From Selaginella moellendorffii (taxonomy: Eukaryota > Plantae > Lycopodiophyta): a stretch of 64,000 nucleotides of DNA. Shown here in pieces: positions 23,401 to 35,740 of this stretch; the stretch's first letter is position 1, and every line of letters starts with the position of its first letter. The notes under the pieces were generated by a model that worked only from the letters and a program-made list of their open reading frames with translations, searched no databases and had not been told where the DNA came from. A program made the position numbers and the translations under genes. The stretch lies in assembly GCF_000143415.4 (NCBI RefSeq), contig NW_003314387.1, positions 186,001 through 250,000 on the forward strand. The letters are read 5' to 3'.

Positions 23401-24349
23401 CACAAGGCTTTAGCTGCGTACCGTGCTGGCGGTCACTGGCAGGGTGTGCTCATGGTTGCTGGCCAGTTGAGCATGACACCGGACGAGATCACCAACCTTG
23501 CACTAGAGCTCCGAGAAGAACTCCAAGCAATGGGACAGCCAAAAGAAGCTGCGAGAGTAGCTCTGGATTATTGTAAGGACGTCAAGGATGCTGTCGGCCT
23601 TTTGATCGAGGCAAGGGACTGGATGGAAGTCCTTCGGCTGTGCTACCTTCATGCTCAGCCCGATATCGTGGATACTATAGTACAGCCAGCTGCTGTGGAG
23701 TGCGCAAATGGATTGGTTGGTCAGTTCCAGGAGGGCGTCGAGAAAGTCGGGAAGTATTGTGCTCGATTTGTTGCGGTACATCAGCGCAGGGTACTGCTGG
23801 AAGCGAAGATAAAATCGGATCAAGGAGAAGACCGTTTCGACGACGACACCGCATCAGAGGCTAGTAGCAACTTGAGTGGGATGAGTGTTTATACACGCGG
23901 GTACGTTTGCTGATCTTTTTTACTTCTTTTTGCCATCTTAACTTTGAGGTTGTGTCAGGACTGCAAGAACAGCAGCGACAGGAAGAACCCGAGCCAGACG
24001 CCAAGGCAAAGTTCGAGCAGGGAGGTAAAAGGAACTTATGCTACTTCGTTTCGATTCTAACCTACCTCTTGTTTTTTTAAGTCCTGGAGAAGAGCTTGCT
24101 CTAGTGGAGCACCTTAAGAACATGGCTATAAGTCCGCAGCTGGCAGACGAGCTCAGGCCTCTGCTACAAATCCTTGTCTTCGTAAAGCGTGAAGACTTGT
24201 CGTGCAAACTCCAGCAAGCCGCATCAAAATTCCAAGCCACTCAAGCGGAGGCCATGCGAGCAGTTGAAGAAAATGGCATTACCGTCGACAAGACAGCAGC
24301 AAACAGGGTGGTAAACTGGTCCTATCAAGCCTTGGAAAGGGTCTTATAA
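20447..24349 (+). CDS. ELP1: Elongator complex protein 1 (IKI3/ELO2), multi-exon
   Basis: MKNL start, WRADGKYFA, FERNGL, NYHWYLKQE, QPSRGNLETIYPR, ARRHRIDLN, ALGLYDL..SQRDPKEFLPFL, C-terminal RAG|SPGEELALVEHL. Confidence 0.95.
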
Positions 24350-24509
24350 GCTGATAAAGATGGGGGCTGGCTCGTGGATAGGTTTCGCGATATGTGGACC
24401 TCGTGATTGAGTGGCGGAAGCTATAGCAGGGACGGCTTTAGTTTATTAGTAGCAGGAACAGAGGTTTAGAACTCGGGCTAGGGATTTCTTTGGAGGCAGG
24501 AGAAAGAGG

Positions 24510-25792
24510 ATGAGGAAGCTAGTAGCGGAGAAGTTGGGTCGACTGGTGAGCAATGCGGGAGGACAGATTCGTCGTGGGTTTGCAAGCGCAGCGCCTCTTG
24601 CCAGTGAGTCTCCTCCGCTAAAGAAGACGGTGCTGTATGATTTTCACGTGGAGAACGGGGCAAAGATGGTGCCTTTTGCTGGATGGAGCATGCCGCTGCT
24701 GTACAAGGACACCATCCTCAACTCGACGCTCAATTGTCGCCAGAATGGTAGCCTTTTCGACGTGTCTCATATGTGTGGCCTCACCCTCAAAGGCAAGGAC
24801 GCGATTCCTTTCCTCGAGACGCTGGTCGTGGGTGATATCGCGGGTCTGTCAGACGGCTCGTGTACTCTCTCGGCGTTCACCAACGAGAAGGGAGGAACCA
24901 TCGACGACACTGTGATAACCAAAGTGAAAGATGGTCACGTCTACCTGGTGGTAAATGCGGGTTGCCGAGACAAGGATCTGGCTCACATTGGCAAGCACCT
25001 GGAAGCGTACAAGTCCAAAGGCAAGGACGTGAGCTCTCACGTTCACGATGAGCGCTCTCTGCTCGCTTTGCAAGGCCCGCTGGCTGCGTCTACACTACAG
25101 CATCTGGTGAAGGAGGATTTGAGCAAAGTCTACTTTGGAAACTTCAGGATCCTCTCTGTCAATGGTGCCGAATGCTTCATCACTAGAACCGGGTAAGTTT
25201 CTTTTCCTCTTCTTGTTCTTCTAAGAGCAACACTTGTCTTTTTAGGTACACTGGAGAGGATGGGTTTGAGATCTCTGTTCCGTCGGAGCATGGTGTGGAG
25301 CTGGCGAAGGCACTTCTGGAGAAGTCGGAGGGGAAGATCCTTCTCACTGGTTTAGGAGCAAGGGACAGCTTGAGACTGGAAGCCGGCTTGTGCCTTTATG
25401 GACATGATATGGACGACAACACGTCGGTTGTGGAAGCTGGAGTCGCCTGGACGATTGGAAAGAGAAGACGTGCCGAAGGTGGCTTTCTAGGGGCCGACGT
25501 GATACTCAAGCAGCTCAAGGAAGGCGTTTCCAGGAAGAGAGTGGGAATGATATCCGAAGGAGCTCCAGCTCGCGCTCACTGCCCGATCTACAACGCAAGT
25601 GACGAGGTGATTGGCGAGGTGACGAGCGGTGGCTTTAGTCCCTGCCTCAAGAAGAACATTGCAATGGGGTATGTGTCGACTGGGAATCACAAGGAGGGCA
25701 CGCCTATCTCGGTGGCTGTTCGAGACAAGAAGAACGCGGGAGTTATCACCAAGATGCCTTTCGTCCCCGCAAAGTACCACAAGAAGCCATGA
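24510..25792 (+). CDS. GDCT: Glycine cleavage system T protein (aminomethyltransferase), mitochondrial; one intron ~25193-25245
   Basis: [33 protein letters not shown]|[27 protein letters not shown], with an N-terminal transit peptide. Confidence 0.96.
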
Positions 25793-26169
25793 TCGAGAAA
25801 CTGCCAAGGTACACACATTCTTCATGGTAACAGCTGACCTTGGTATTGTTTTCTTAGCAAAACCTCGACACGCCCCTATTCTTCTGCTACACGAGGGCAA
25901 TGTATGGAGGTCCTAAAGAACATGGACGTCCCTTGAGGTTCTAAATCTTAATTGGAATTATGACTTCTGGATCAACAATCTCTCTTTCGTTGTCAACGGT
26001 TGCAACGTGTTCCAGTGTATTGTCTTGTTTGTTCCAGGTACCTTGCCTGAGAATCTTGGCATTTCCGGTGGCTGCGATATTCGAAGAGACAATGTGCATG
26101 GTACATAAACTTGATTGATCTTTCAGAATGACATAACAGACTTTACTGCAGCAAAATATTATAGCAGCG

Positions 26170-28486
26170 AAGTTGTACAGCAGATTGCCGAGATGAAAGA
26201 AATCCCAGCTAGTTTCTTGCAAGAGATTGAAAAGGCCGTCCAGAATGAATCTGACGAGAGCATTTCCGTTATTGGTATGTAGAGTTTTTCGGAGAGAAGT
26301 TGAAACTCGGCCTGGAAAAGCTTGCAAAGACTGGGGATTTTTCCAGGAGCTCGCTTTTTAAAAACATTTTTCCTCTCTCATACTTTCTACTTTCAGGTAA
26401 TCAACCACGGCGTCTTCAGGCATTCTGCCATTTTAGACCACCGGTGCTCTCATGGGATACAGACGCTACGGCACGTCCTCTCATTCGGTCCTGGACTGGG
26501 TGGACATTCTCGATATGACCGTTCAAGAAAAGTTGAGACATCCCAACTTTGTGTTCGTTTCTATTCTTTTCTTTCTTTTCTCTCCATTGGCGAGTTTTTA
26601 TCATTCTTTGCAGAGAGGTGACTGGAGAGCAGATTCGCAGCAACCTCTGCAAGTCTCGGCTTGCCCGACGATTACATCGTGATCGAAGACGTGATTCGTG
26701 GAGGAGATTCTCCTTCAGTAGAGGATTGGAATTTCTCTGTTTGTTTTTTCTTTGGCTTGCAACTATGGACTTCTTCGCAGATAGCCTGACGAAATCTGGT
26801 GAAACTGATGCGTTCACAGCATTGGTAGCTTGGACTTCGTGTTCGTGAACTCGCAAGCTCTCTATGGTACGCGTTTAAGCCAGTTTTCTCTTTTAAGTTC
26901 TTACAGTCCAAATTCTCTTGTTCACAGGCTCCCTACACAAATGTTTCTTGGACCTTTGTCGCAACCTCCGGTAAGCAATGTGATTTCTTATTCTGATGTT
27001 TGCTATTTCAAAGACCGTGCTTTTCTGATGACATATAGCATTGTTTAGACCAGACAACAGACCCTGCGGATGCGTCAAGTAAGCTTTTCTCAGGTAATTT
27101 CTAAGGTCTTTTCACTGTTGATTGGCTACAGACTTAGGACGAACTGGTCACCCGGAAGGGTAATGTACGATGTTCTTCCACAGTGTATGCTCATGTATTT
27201 TATTTGATTTTGGTTTGCAAAGAAACCTGTGTTCTTCTATGGTGTTCTTGGGTCATGACCATGACCAATGCAAGACTGTTCATGCCACTCCCGAAGGGTA
27301 GTCTTTGTGTCCTTCCGGCTCAAGATTTCAACTGTGCATGGGATGAAAGCATTTCTTCTTCTCCATTACATGTTAACTTTGTTGCTTCACAGGTGTTCGT
27401 GATATCTGTGGTGGCAGCCTACAACGGACTCAAGGCAGCCAAGACGCAGAGTGGGAGATGCTCTGGGACGCCATGCATCTCATAAAGAAAAGCCTCCCAC
27501 AAACTAGCGTTTCAAAGCTCCCAGCGAAGGTTAGCTTTCCAATCACTGCTGCTACTTTTTATCAATCAATCAGTCAATCGAACGAAGTTTTTCTACAGAA
27601 GCAATGCCGTCCACAAAATCGAAAGCCTCCACCGTCCCGGACGAAGTTACACTTACACGAAGTTAAGCTTGGTCCGAGCGGCACGAATAGATTTCGGGAA
27701 AGCCAATGACGTTTCTCGCCACAGTGAACACGGTGATGAAAGGCTGGACGTAATACTTGCTTCTCTCTGGTAAGCCGGCAGCTCCACGAATTTAAATGTT
27801 TTTCCAGACCCAGTGCCTCAAATTTGATCGTGAGCTTCGTTTAAGCTTGTTTCCGCTGTAGATGAAAGGCAGATGAAAGGTCTTGATTCTTCTTTTCTCT
27901 CCACTGACGAGTTTTTATCATTGTCACAGAAGAATACATCTTCCGGCAAGCCGAGACTTGCAGAGATTCCTGCTACCAGACTAATGATGACAAGCTTTAT
28001 CTGCTTGCTTACATCGAGAAGCTGAGCAGGGAGTATGCGTCACTGATGCGAGTGAACTACTATCCGCCCTGTCCCCAACCGGACGAAGTTCTCGGCCTGA
28101 GCTCTCACTCGGACGCAACCATCATCACTGTCGTGATCGAAGACGCGGACGGTCCTAGCTGCAAGGATGGTAAGTGGCTGCCCGTCTCGAGGATTCTTCC
28201 GGGAGCTTCATGATCAAGGAGATGTAAAGCTTTTGAGAACTTTTTCGTCAGAGCTTCCGACAGGTGATTAGCAATGGAATCTACAGGAGTGTTGATCACA
28301 GAAGTTATCGTTAACACAAAGAAGGACCGGCTCTATGTGGTGCTGTTTCATGGACCCGAGTTTCCTGCCATCATGTCCCCCACAAAACAGCTCCTCGGCG
28401 AAGATCCCCCACCTCTTTATCGAGACATCTCTTTCGCTGATTACATGAAGTATTTTCTCACCTACAAGGCTGATACAAGCTGTTAG
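26170..28486 (+). pseudogene. 2-oxoglutarate/Fe(II) dioxygenase (DOXC-type) pseudogene interrupted by ~1.3 kb of foreign sequence
   Basis: Fragments VQQIAEMKEIPASFLQ, ACKDWGFFQ|[57 protein letters not shown] and PPLYRDISFADY, broken by frameshifts and stops. Confidence 0.85.
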
Positions 28487-28634
28487 TCAACTTCTTTAGT
28501 CCACGACGTTGACTTGAATATAAATGCAGTTCTTGCTAAAGTAACATGTTAACTACTCCCTCTGCCACTGGAACTAAATGTAGTTCTTGCTAAAGTAGCA
28601 TGACGTGATTTTTACAGATACGCTGGCTTTCGTG

Positions 28635-31600
28635 TCACCAGAAGTCTCCACACGAGCATTGCCCGTGCTTGAAATGGTGGAAGCGGCTGCTGTCTCTCAC
28701 CACAATCTCTCGTCCCACGACACTGGAGATGATCTTAGTCGCAGCGTGACAGTCGGAGCAGACCCGCAAGTTCTTCACCACCCGGATCGTTTCTCCCGGC
28801 CGGGTGGACATGAGACCAAACACAATGGCCAGCCTCTCGCTGTGCCGGGACAGTATCTCCTCCTTGTCGCCCTCCTCCACGTCGTGAACAACGTTTGTCG
28901 TGTCGGGAACATACCCCGCCTCCCTCATCCGGAGCGTGAGCTTCTCCAGCTCCTCGCAAATCTCCCTGATCTTTGGATGCTTGGATTCGCCACTGATGAA
29001 CTCGTGGACGCTGCCGCTGAGCTCGATCCAGCTACACCCGGGCTCCTTCTTCACGCTCATCCGTTCCATCATCTTCCGGATCCTGGACGCATCGCTCCAT
29101 CTTCCAACCGATGCGTACAAGTTGGCCAGCACCACGAACGATCCCGAGTGCTGTGGCTCCAGCTCGAAAACACGCTCGGCACACCGGATCCCGCGCTGCG
29201 GATCGCCATAGCTCTTGCACGCCGCCAGGAGCGTCATCCAGGCGATGGTATCGGCCTGGCACGCCGGCGAGGCGAGGATGAGCTCCTCCGCCGCGTCGAG
29301 AAAGCCTTTGCGAGCCAGCAAGTCGACGAGGCACTTAAGTTGGCCGGAGCTCGGCTCCAAGCCGTGGTCCTGGATGCTCGACCGGAAGTGCTCCACTCCT
29401 CGCTCGAGCAAACCGGCGTGGCTGAGCCCGTAGAGAATGCTGACAGAGGTGCCACTGTCGGGATCGAAGCCTTGGAGTAGCATCTCCTGGAGCGAGGAAA
29501 GAGCTTCCAGCGCGTGACCGTTGTGAGCGTAGGCGACGATGAGCGAGTTCCACGAGATGAGGCACTTCTCCGGCATTTGATCGAAGACCAGCTTTGCGTC
29601 GCTCGGGCTGCCGCACTTTCCATACATGTTGATGATGGTGTTGCCGAGAACGAGACTCGTCTCCACGAAGCCGCTGGCTGCTGCTCGCCTGTGCATGGAT
29701 CTTCCGTGCTCCAGAGTCGCCATGGCCGCGCAGGCGTCGAGAGCACTCACGAAAGTCACCTCTCCCGGCTTGATTCCTTCGGCCTCCATCTCTTGAAAGA
29801 ACTTAAAGGCTCTCCTGCCGGATCCATCTTTGCTTTGAGCGTAGGCCGCCAGCATTATGCTCCACGCCACGAGGCCTTTTTCCTCCAGAGAATCGAAGGC
29901 CTTCTTCGTGTCGAGCAAGCTTCCACAGCGAGCGTACATGTTGACGACGCTGTTCCCAACGGCAGTGCTGTTACCACCGAAGCCTCCAGCAGCAGCTCGC
30001 GCGTGAATTTGTCTCGCCAGCTTTAAGTCTTCCAGGCCGCCGCACGCTTCCAAGAGGCTGAGCAGCGTAAACTCGTTGCTCCTCAAGCCTTCTAGCTCCA
30101 TCCCGTGGAAAAGTTCCAGAGCGTCCTGGAACTTTGAGTTGCCTACGCTTGCGTTGATAACAGCGTTCCAGGAAACGTCGTCTTTCCGAGGCATGGCCTC
30201 GAAGACGCTCATCGCGGCCTCTGTTTGTCCACACTTTCCATACATGGTTATCACGCTATTCCCGACCGCAACCTCCCGTTGCAAGAGCCCGCACAGAAGT
30301 ACTCTCGCGTGGATTTCTCGTCCCTGTGAGAGAGCCTCCAAGTTCGCACAGGCCTCGAGGACGCTGAGGTAAGTCACCTTATTGGCACCGAAGCCTTCCA
30401 TATCCATCCTTCGCAGCAAATGAATCGCTTCCCAGTTATCCCCGTTTTGAGCACAAGCCGTTACCATTGCGTTCCAGGCAACCACATCTCGCTGGTACAT
30501 GTGCTCGAGCAGGCCTTTTGCTCGATCGAGAATTCCACACTGGCCATACAGACTGATGAGCGACGTCGCCAGCAGCGTGCTGGAGCAGAAAGGACTCTCC
30601 AAAATCCGGGCATCGATCATCTCCCCTTCCTTGACAGCATCCAAGTTCCGGCAAACTTCCACCATGCTCATGTAAGTCACCTCGTTGGCCTTGACACCTT
30701 CGAGGTCCATCTTCCGAAAGACCAACAATCCTTCCTCGTACTGCCCGTTTTGAGAACAACCGGCGATCATGGTCGTCCAGAGAAGAACACTGCTCTGTCC
30801 CATCCTGCTAAAGACGCTCTTCATGTCGTCAAAGCTCCCACAGCTCCCGTACATGTGAACCAGAGCATTTCCAAGAATTCCATCCGGCTCGAGTCCTTCG
30901 TTGATGATGCGGTGGTGGATTTTTCTTCCCAGGTCCAGCAGCCTCAACTTGGCACAAACGTCGACAATGGTGACGAAAGTTACTTGGTTGGGCTTCACTC
31001 CCTCGGCGTCCATTCTCGACAAACACTGGAGAGCTTGGCTCCAGCACCCGTTTTGAGCGTAGACAGCCAGCATTGCGGTCCACGACACCACGTCTCGCAG
31101 CAGCATCCCATCGAAAACTTTCTCGGCACAAGGCACGTCCTGGCATTTCCCATACATGTTGACGAGCGAGTTGGAGATAATGATGTTGCTCGTCAATCCG
31201 CTGTCCACCACCGAAGAGTGAATCTGTCGTCCATGATCCAGCTCTCCAGAAGCTGCGCATGCGTCAAGAGCAATCACGAACACGACTTTGTCCGGTCTCG
31301 TCCCTTCCCACTGCATCCTCGTGAAAAGCTCCAGAGCTTCTCGGTAATGCCCGTTCTGGGAATACGCTGCCATCATCATCGTCCACGAGAAGACGTTCTT
31401 TACCGAGATCCCGTCAAAGACCACGAGAGCGTCCGTAACACTGGCACACTTCCCATACATCTCCACCACCAAGTTCGCCAGAAACGTCTCGTCCGCGCAT
31501 GGATTCCTCTCCTGGATGCGAAGATGGACATGCCTCCCAGCACGCAAATCCTTGGCCGCACCACACTTCCGCAAGAGCAAGGCGTATACGTTGCTATGAA

Positions 31601-31775
31601 GACTCTCAAACTCGTCCAGCCTCTGCAATGCATCTTCCAGCCTCTGCTTCTTCCAATCCTCAAACCAAGTGTGATCGAAGCTGTCTTTAACTGGAGCTGG
31701 AACTGTGGCTGCCTGGGAATGAAGACCACCTTTCCCGTTCTTCCTGTTCCACCCGTGAAGCCAAGCTCGCCTCAT
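28635..31775 (-). CDS. PLS-class PPR protein with E and DYW deaminase domain (organellar RNA-editing factor), 1046 aa, intronless
   Basis: Repeated PLS motifs, KKEPGCSWIE (PG box), HSERLA, KNLRVCSDCH and the terminus CSCGDFW. Confidence 0.96.
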   Translation of the reverse strand: MRRAWLHGWNRKNGKGGLHSQAATVPAPVKDSFDHTWFEDWKKQRLEDALQRLDEFESLHSNVYALLLRKCGAAKDLRAGRHVHLRIQERNPCADETFLANLVVEMYGKCASVTDALVVFDGISVKNVFSWTMMMAAYSQNGHYREALELFTRMQWEGTRPDKVVFVIALDACAASGELDHGRQIHSSVVDSGLTSNIIISNSLVNMYGKCQDVPCAEKVFDGMLLRDVVSWTAMLAVYAQNGCWSQALQCLSRMDAEGVKPNQVTFVTIVDVCAKLRLLDLGRKIHHRIINEGLEPDGILGNALVHMYGSCGSFDDMKSVFSRMGQSSVLLWTTMIAGCSQNGQYEEGLLVFRKMDLEGVKANEVTYMSMVEVCRNLDAVKEGEMIDARILESPFCSSTLLATSLISLYGQCGILDRAKGLLEHMYQRDVVAWNAMVTACAQNGDNWEAIHLLRRMDMEGFGANKVTYLSVLEACANLEALSQGREIHARVLLCGLLQREVAVGNSVITMYGKCGQTEAAMSVFEAMPRKDDVSWNAVINASVGNSKFQDALELFHGMELEGLRSNEFTLLSLLEACGGLEDLKLARQIHARAAAGGFGGNSTAVGNSVVNMYARCGSLLDTKKAFDSLEEKGLVAWSIMLAAYAQSKDGSGRRAFKFFQEMEAEGIKPGEVTFVSALDACAAMATLEHGRSMHRRAAASGFVETSLVLGNTIINMYGKCGSPSDAKLVFDQMPEKCLISWNSLIVAYAHNGHALEALSSLQEMLLQGFDPDSGTSVSILYGLSHAGLLERGVEHFRSSIQDHGLEPSSGQLKCLVDLLARKGFLDAAEELILASPACQADTIAWMTLLAACKSYGDPQRGIRCAERVFELEPQHSGSFVVLANLYASVGRWSDASRIRKMMERMSVKKEPGCSWIELSGSVHEFISGESKHPKIREICEELEKLTLRMREAGYVPDTTNVVHDVEEGDKEEILSRHSERLAIVFGLMSTRPGETIRVVKNLRVCSDCHAATKIISSVVGREIVVRDSSRFHHFKHGQCSCGDFW

Positions 31776-32035
31776 TCATACGTTAAGTTGTCATCTCGCG
31801 TAGAACAAGTTGGATCTTGCTCGTTGACGAAACCTTCTCCATCGAGGGGAGGTGCCAACCATTTGTGCCTTCGCTCTTTCAACATCAACGTGTAGCAAAA
31901 CACTTTCTCCCACTCCACTGCCTGCTGAGCTCATCTCTCTTGTTGCCTTCTTCTTATTCTACGTGCTCCTGGGAATTTTCCTGTGCCTTGCGTGACTCGC
32001 CACTGTCCATCACTTAAATCCCGCTGCTGACGCTG

Positions 32036-33379
32036 CTATACTGCTGCTCCTGTTGTCACTGAATGCTTGTAAGGCCCTCCTCCGACCCACGGAAAAGAAG
32101 TCGTGCTTGAGTTGATGATCCTGCTGCTACTGCTCTCCCTTCTCATCAGCCAGTTGAGAGTCCTTCTGGCAATGGACCTCCACATCACTCGGCTAGCCTC
32201 CTCGTGCTCGTCAACTTGATGCCGGGTACTCGAAGCAAGGATGTCCTTCTTGGAGAACAACGTCGAGCTGTTGTGTAGCCTGTCCAGTCCTGTCATCTCG
32301 GACATACACCGCTGGGAGCACACCACGGACGAGCGAGTACTGCCCATCGTGTCTACGTTTCTTCCAAGCGACAAAGCTCTCTTGAGTAGCGAGGAAGGCT
32401 GCTTGGGGTGAGCGAAACTCGCGTGCTCTACGCTCGGACAAAAGAGTGCCTGTGAGCTGCCGAGGAAAAGCACGTCCGACGGAACCAAATCACTCCATCT
32501 CCTTTGTAGCAACACGTCTGAGACAATGATCCTGTGACCCACTCTCCGCAGACAGCCATGATCTGATCTAGCCGGTTCTCGAGGAGTAGAGCTCGCCGCA
32601 ACAAAACCAGAGGATTCGGACTCTTCCGCCACCGCATTCAAGGAATAGGCCGGCTCGTCGTTGTCCTCTCTCTGGATGTAGATCTGGAAGCCGGTACCGT
32701 GAGCCGATCCCATGTCGATATCCAAAGAACTTCTCGAAGGCTGCTGCTGAGGAACTTGATCCAGTGATCTCCTCCTGGAGGAGAGCATGAGCAGCATCAT
32801 CTCATCGACCACCAGGAGATCCTCGGCAGAAACATGGCTTCTACACAGCGGGCACGTCGAGTGAGATCCAAGCCAAGTATCGACGCAGTCGACATGAAAG
32901 GCGTGCTTGCACTTGGGAAGAAGCCGAAGTATCTCGCGCTCCTCATACTTGCAGAGACACACAGCGCACTCGAGGCCGTCTTTGTTCCCCTTGAGCGACG
33001 AAAAGGAGAACGTCGGAAGCCCTTCCACCACTGCCGAGTCGATGCCAGTGTCGGTCCGGCCGAAAAGGAGCTGCTGCTGCTGGTGACCTTGCGGCAAAAT
33101 CATTGGGAGCTCGTCACCACCTCCAAAGACTCCACCCGGATTCCTCTTACAGTGCTTAGCGTAGATGAGCAGTAGGAAAGTGAGCGAGAACATCGTCGTG
33201 AGAACTCCCACAATGACTGCGATGCTCGGCCGGAACGAAGCTGGAACGCTGCTGGTGTTGTTGATGTTCTCGCTACTAGTCTGATTCGTGCCACTGCCTT
33301 GCGGGCTTGTTGCTAGCTCTGCTGCCACTGCTGCTGCGAATCGAAATGTAGCAGCAGGAGAGAAGCGCGAGCTTCCCAT
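32036..33379 (-). CDS. ATL-family RING-H2 E3 ubiquitin ligase
   Basis: N-terminal TM helix (IAVIVGVLTTMFSLTFLLLIYA), GLD-like motif (GIDSAVVEGLP), and RING-H2 CAVC..RLLPKCKHAFHVDCVDTWLGSHSTCPLCR. Confidence 0.95.
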   Translation of the reverse strand: MGSSRFSPAATFRFAAAVAAELATSPQGSGTNQTSSENINNTSSVPASFRPSIAVIVGVLTTMFSLTFLLLIYAKHCKRNPGGVFGGGDELPMILPQGHQQQQLLFGRTDTGIDSAVVEGLPTFSFSSLKGNKDGLECAVCLCKYEEREILRLLPKCKHAFHVDCVDTWLGSHSTCPLCRSHVSAEDLLVVDEMMLLMLSSRRRSLDQVPQQQPSRSSLDIDMGSAHGTGFQIYIQREDNDEPAYSLNAVAEESESSGFVAASSTPREPARSDHGCLRRVGHRIIVSDVLLQRRWSDLVPSDVLFLGSSQALFCPSVEHASFAHPKQPSSLLKRALSLGRNVDTMGSTRSSVVCSQRCMSEMTGLDRLHNSSTLFSKKDILASSTRHQVDEHEEASRVMWRSIARRTLNWLMRRESSSSRIINSSTTSFPWVGGGPYKHSVTTGAAV

Positions 33380-35484
33380 GGCTCAATTTGGATCCCTGCC
33401 TTGGAATGCCCCTCTCGGCCTCTAGCAAGAGTTTTATCTATCCCGAGAACATACCTGGACAAGGAGAAAGAAGAATTCCTGTGATTTTCCAGACCTTTGT
33501 TGTGCCTGACGCTGATACTGCTACTGCTACTGCTACTCCAGTAGAGCACTGTGTTCCTACTCTTCCATCTCGGAGCGCGTGAAATGGCATTGATTTGCAT
33601 CCCTTCCTTTGCTATCTCTATCTATCTAATCTTCCTCTTCGCTTGTCAGTCTTGTCTGGCCTGGCCTGTAGCTCTCTCTTTTTTCTTTTCCTTGTTTTCT
33701 TCTACAGCTGCGTAAAATGGAGAGATTACCTGGATCGCGCTCGCACTGGAATCGATCGATCCATTTCGTGATTGCCCTAGCCTCGACAACGCAGAAATCC
33801 ACTGCCGCTGGCATTGGATCGCCCTGGATCACTCCCAGCGCAAGGCGCCCGTCGCCAAGCTCCATTTGCCCCCCATTCCATCCAGCCCCTAGAACAAGGG
33901 TTCCAAGAATTTATCGATTCGATTCTCCCAGCTCATGGGATATATATCTCCATCCCTCGGCCAAAATCTTCTCGATATTCTTCTTGGGATTGAAAAAGGA
34001 TAAATGAATATTCTTTAGGAAATTTGGTCCGTTTTGTCAACTAATTGACCATTCTTACGGAAATCTCTTTAAACTATATTTAATCTAAGCTTGAGTGGAG
34101 ATTTGGACCTGGTGATTGTTGTGGATGGTAAGAGTAAGTCATATCTACAACAATAGATAATGGGTGGCTCGCAGTTCTGAGGCAAGTTATGGTAAAACAA
34201 TTGGCTCTTATATAGTTAAGAATGAATATAGAATGGAAAACATTCCCATATTTATTCCTCTAAACTATAAAGAGTACCCATGGCATGGCCATCTCACTCA
34301 TGTGAATTGCATAGGCTTGGTGTATATATAAATTTTCAGCTGCTTGATTGGAAAAGTATACCAAAATAATCTTATAGTGCAACATTGTGAGAATGGCAAG
34401 AGGAGACAGGAAAAAAGTGGCTATTGGATTAGCTCTCACCTAGGGCAAATATAACTTCAGACTAATGGGTAGAAGCAATTTATCAGACTGTTGTTAAATA
34501 TTACTCATTATTACTCATTGAACCAGATGGTGGATTATATTTCAATTCTTTTCTAATTTGGACTTCCCAACATGAAATTTTCAATCAGATCTATATATCT
34601 ATCTTGATTGCGTCATATAATACAGTAGGTCATGTCAAACATTGTCTATAAGCCATAAATTTTTCTTTTGTCAATTTGTCAACTTACTTTATTTATCCAA
34701 TCATCTTTGATTTGGCTATAATTAAATTCTTTTCCTAAGGTTCACTTCTATTATACCAACTTTTATTTGATTTTATTCACTGCACAATTAACAAGGTGTT
34801 ATCTATTGTTCCAAACATTAAATTCAATCTATATCAGAAAGGGGGATTAGAAGAGAGAGTTTAGGAATCCATGACTTAAGCACAATAGTGCTTTTAAGTT
34901 TTTAAATTCCCTTCATATAACAAAACACTTTCTAAATCCCAAGCCTTTCTTAATTTAAGGGAAACATTTTCTCCATCCCAAAGGAAAGGCATAAACCCTT
35001 TAGAAAGGAGTGAAGATTAATGACACCATTCCATTTGAGCCACCCTTTTGAGAGTAAGAGTTGCTCTTAACACTTTCTTGAAAGGCCTCTTTAGTAGTTC
35101 TCAAATCCAACTACTAATCTATAGTCCCAACTCTAACATAATTCAAAACTAAATCCTTAGCTTCATACTTTTGGAACAAGGGAGTTGATTATTAAGAAAA
35201 GCTTTTATTTTCAAGGTGAAAAAAGTTGCAAATGGGCACACACAATTTAATATATGTTGTCTCCAAAATATATGAGGCATTCTCCTCTATAGATGTTATC
35301 TCTATTGAATTCATCTTGTGATTGGCATGCTAGAATCAACTATATAACCCATCTAGAATTTTAAAAAAAATAAAAATAAAAAAGTGAATTCTCTATAAGA
35401 AAGAGGGGGGGGGGGGGGGGGGTGGGGGAGGGTATGCCTCATCCTCTCCTCCTTCCTCACTAGCATCTATATGAGTTTTTCATA

Positions 35485-35717
35485 CCGAGCCAAGTGTGCT
35501 CAACAATAAATATATAGGAGTTTCTACTTTATGTTTATCTTGCATAAGTACATACATGATAATCATTTTCTCAACTAGTTTGGGTGGAGATTAATAAAGG
35601 GTTTAACAATATTAACCTTTTACTATCATAGTAGTAAAAGAAGAATATCTAAAAAGACTTGCTAACAAGTAATTTTTAATACCCATAATCACATTTACAA
35701 CACTCTCCCCCCCTTAG
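35485..35717 (-). mobile_element. Old LTR end with adjacent polypurine tract
   Basis: Minus strand CTAAGGGGGGGAGAG then TGTTGTAAATG at 35702. Homologous to 13205-13423. Confidence 0.6.
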
Positions 35718-35740
35718 GGAAGATCAATGTCTTCATCAAT

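Noticed and set aside
28605-31895. Long plus-strand ORFs (291 aa, 491 aa) opposite the DYW-PPR
   Set aside because: Antisense shadows of a GC-rich coding sequence, with no independent motifs.
34850-35000. Possible LINE RT remnant (FLWDG..W on the minus strand)
   Set aside because: Too degenerate to support.
35404-35432. Long G run (G-quadruplex potential)
   Set aside because: Simple homopolymer in TE debris with no functional evidence.
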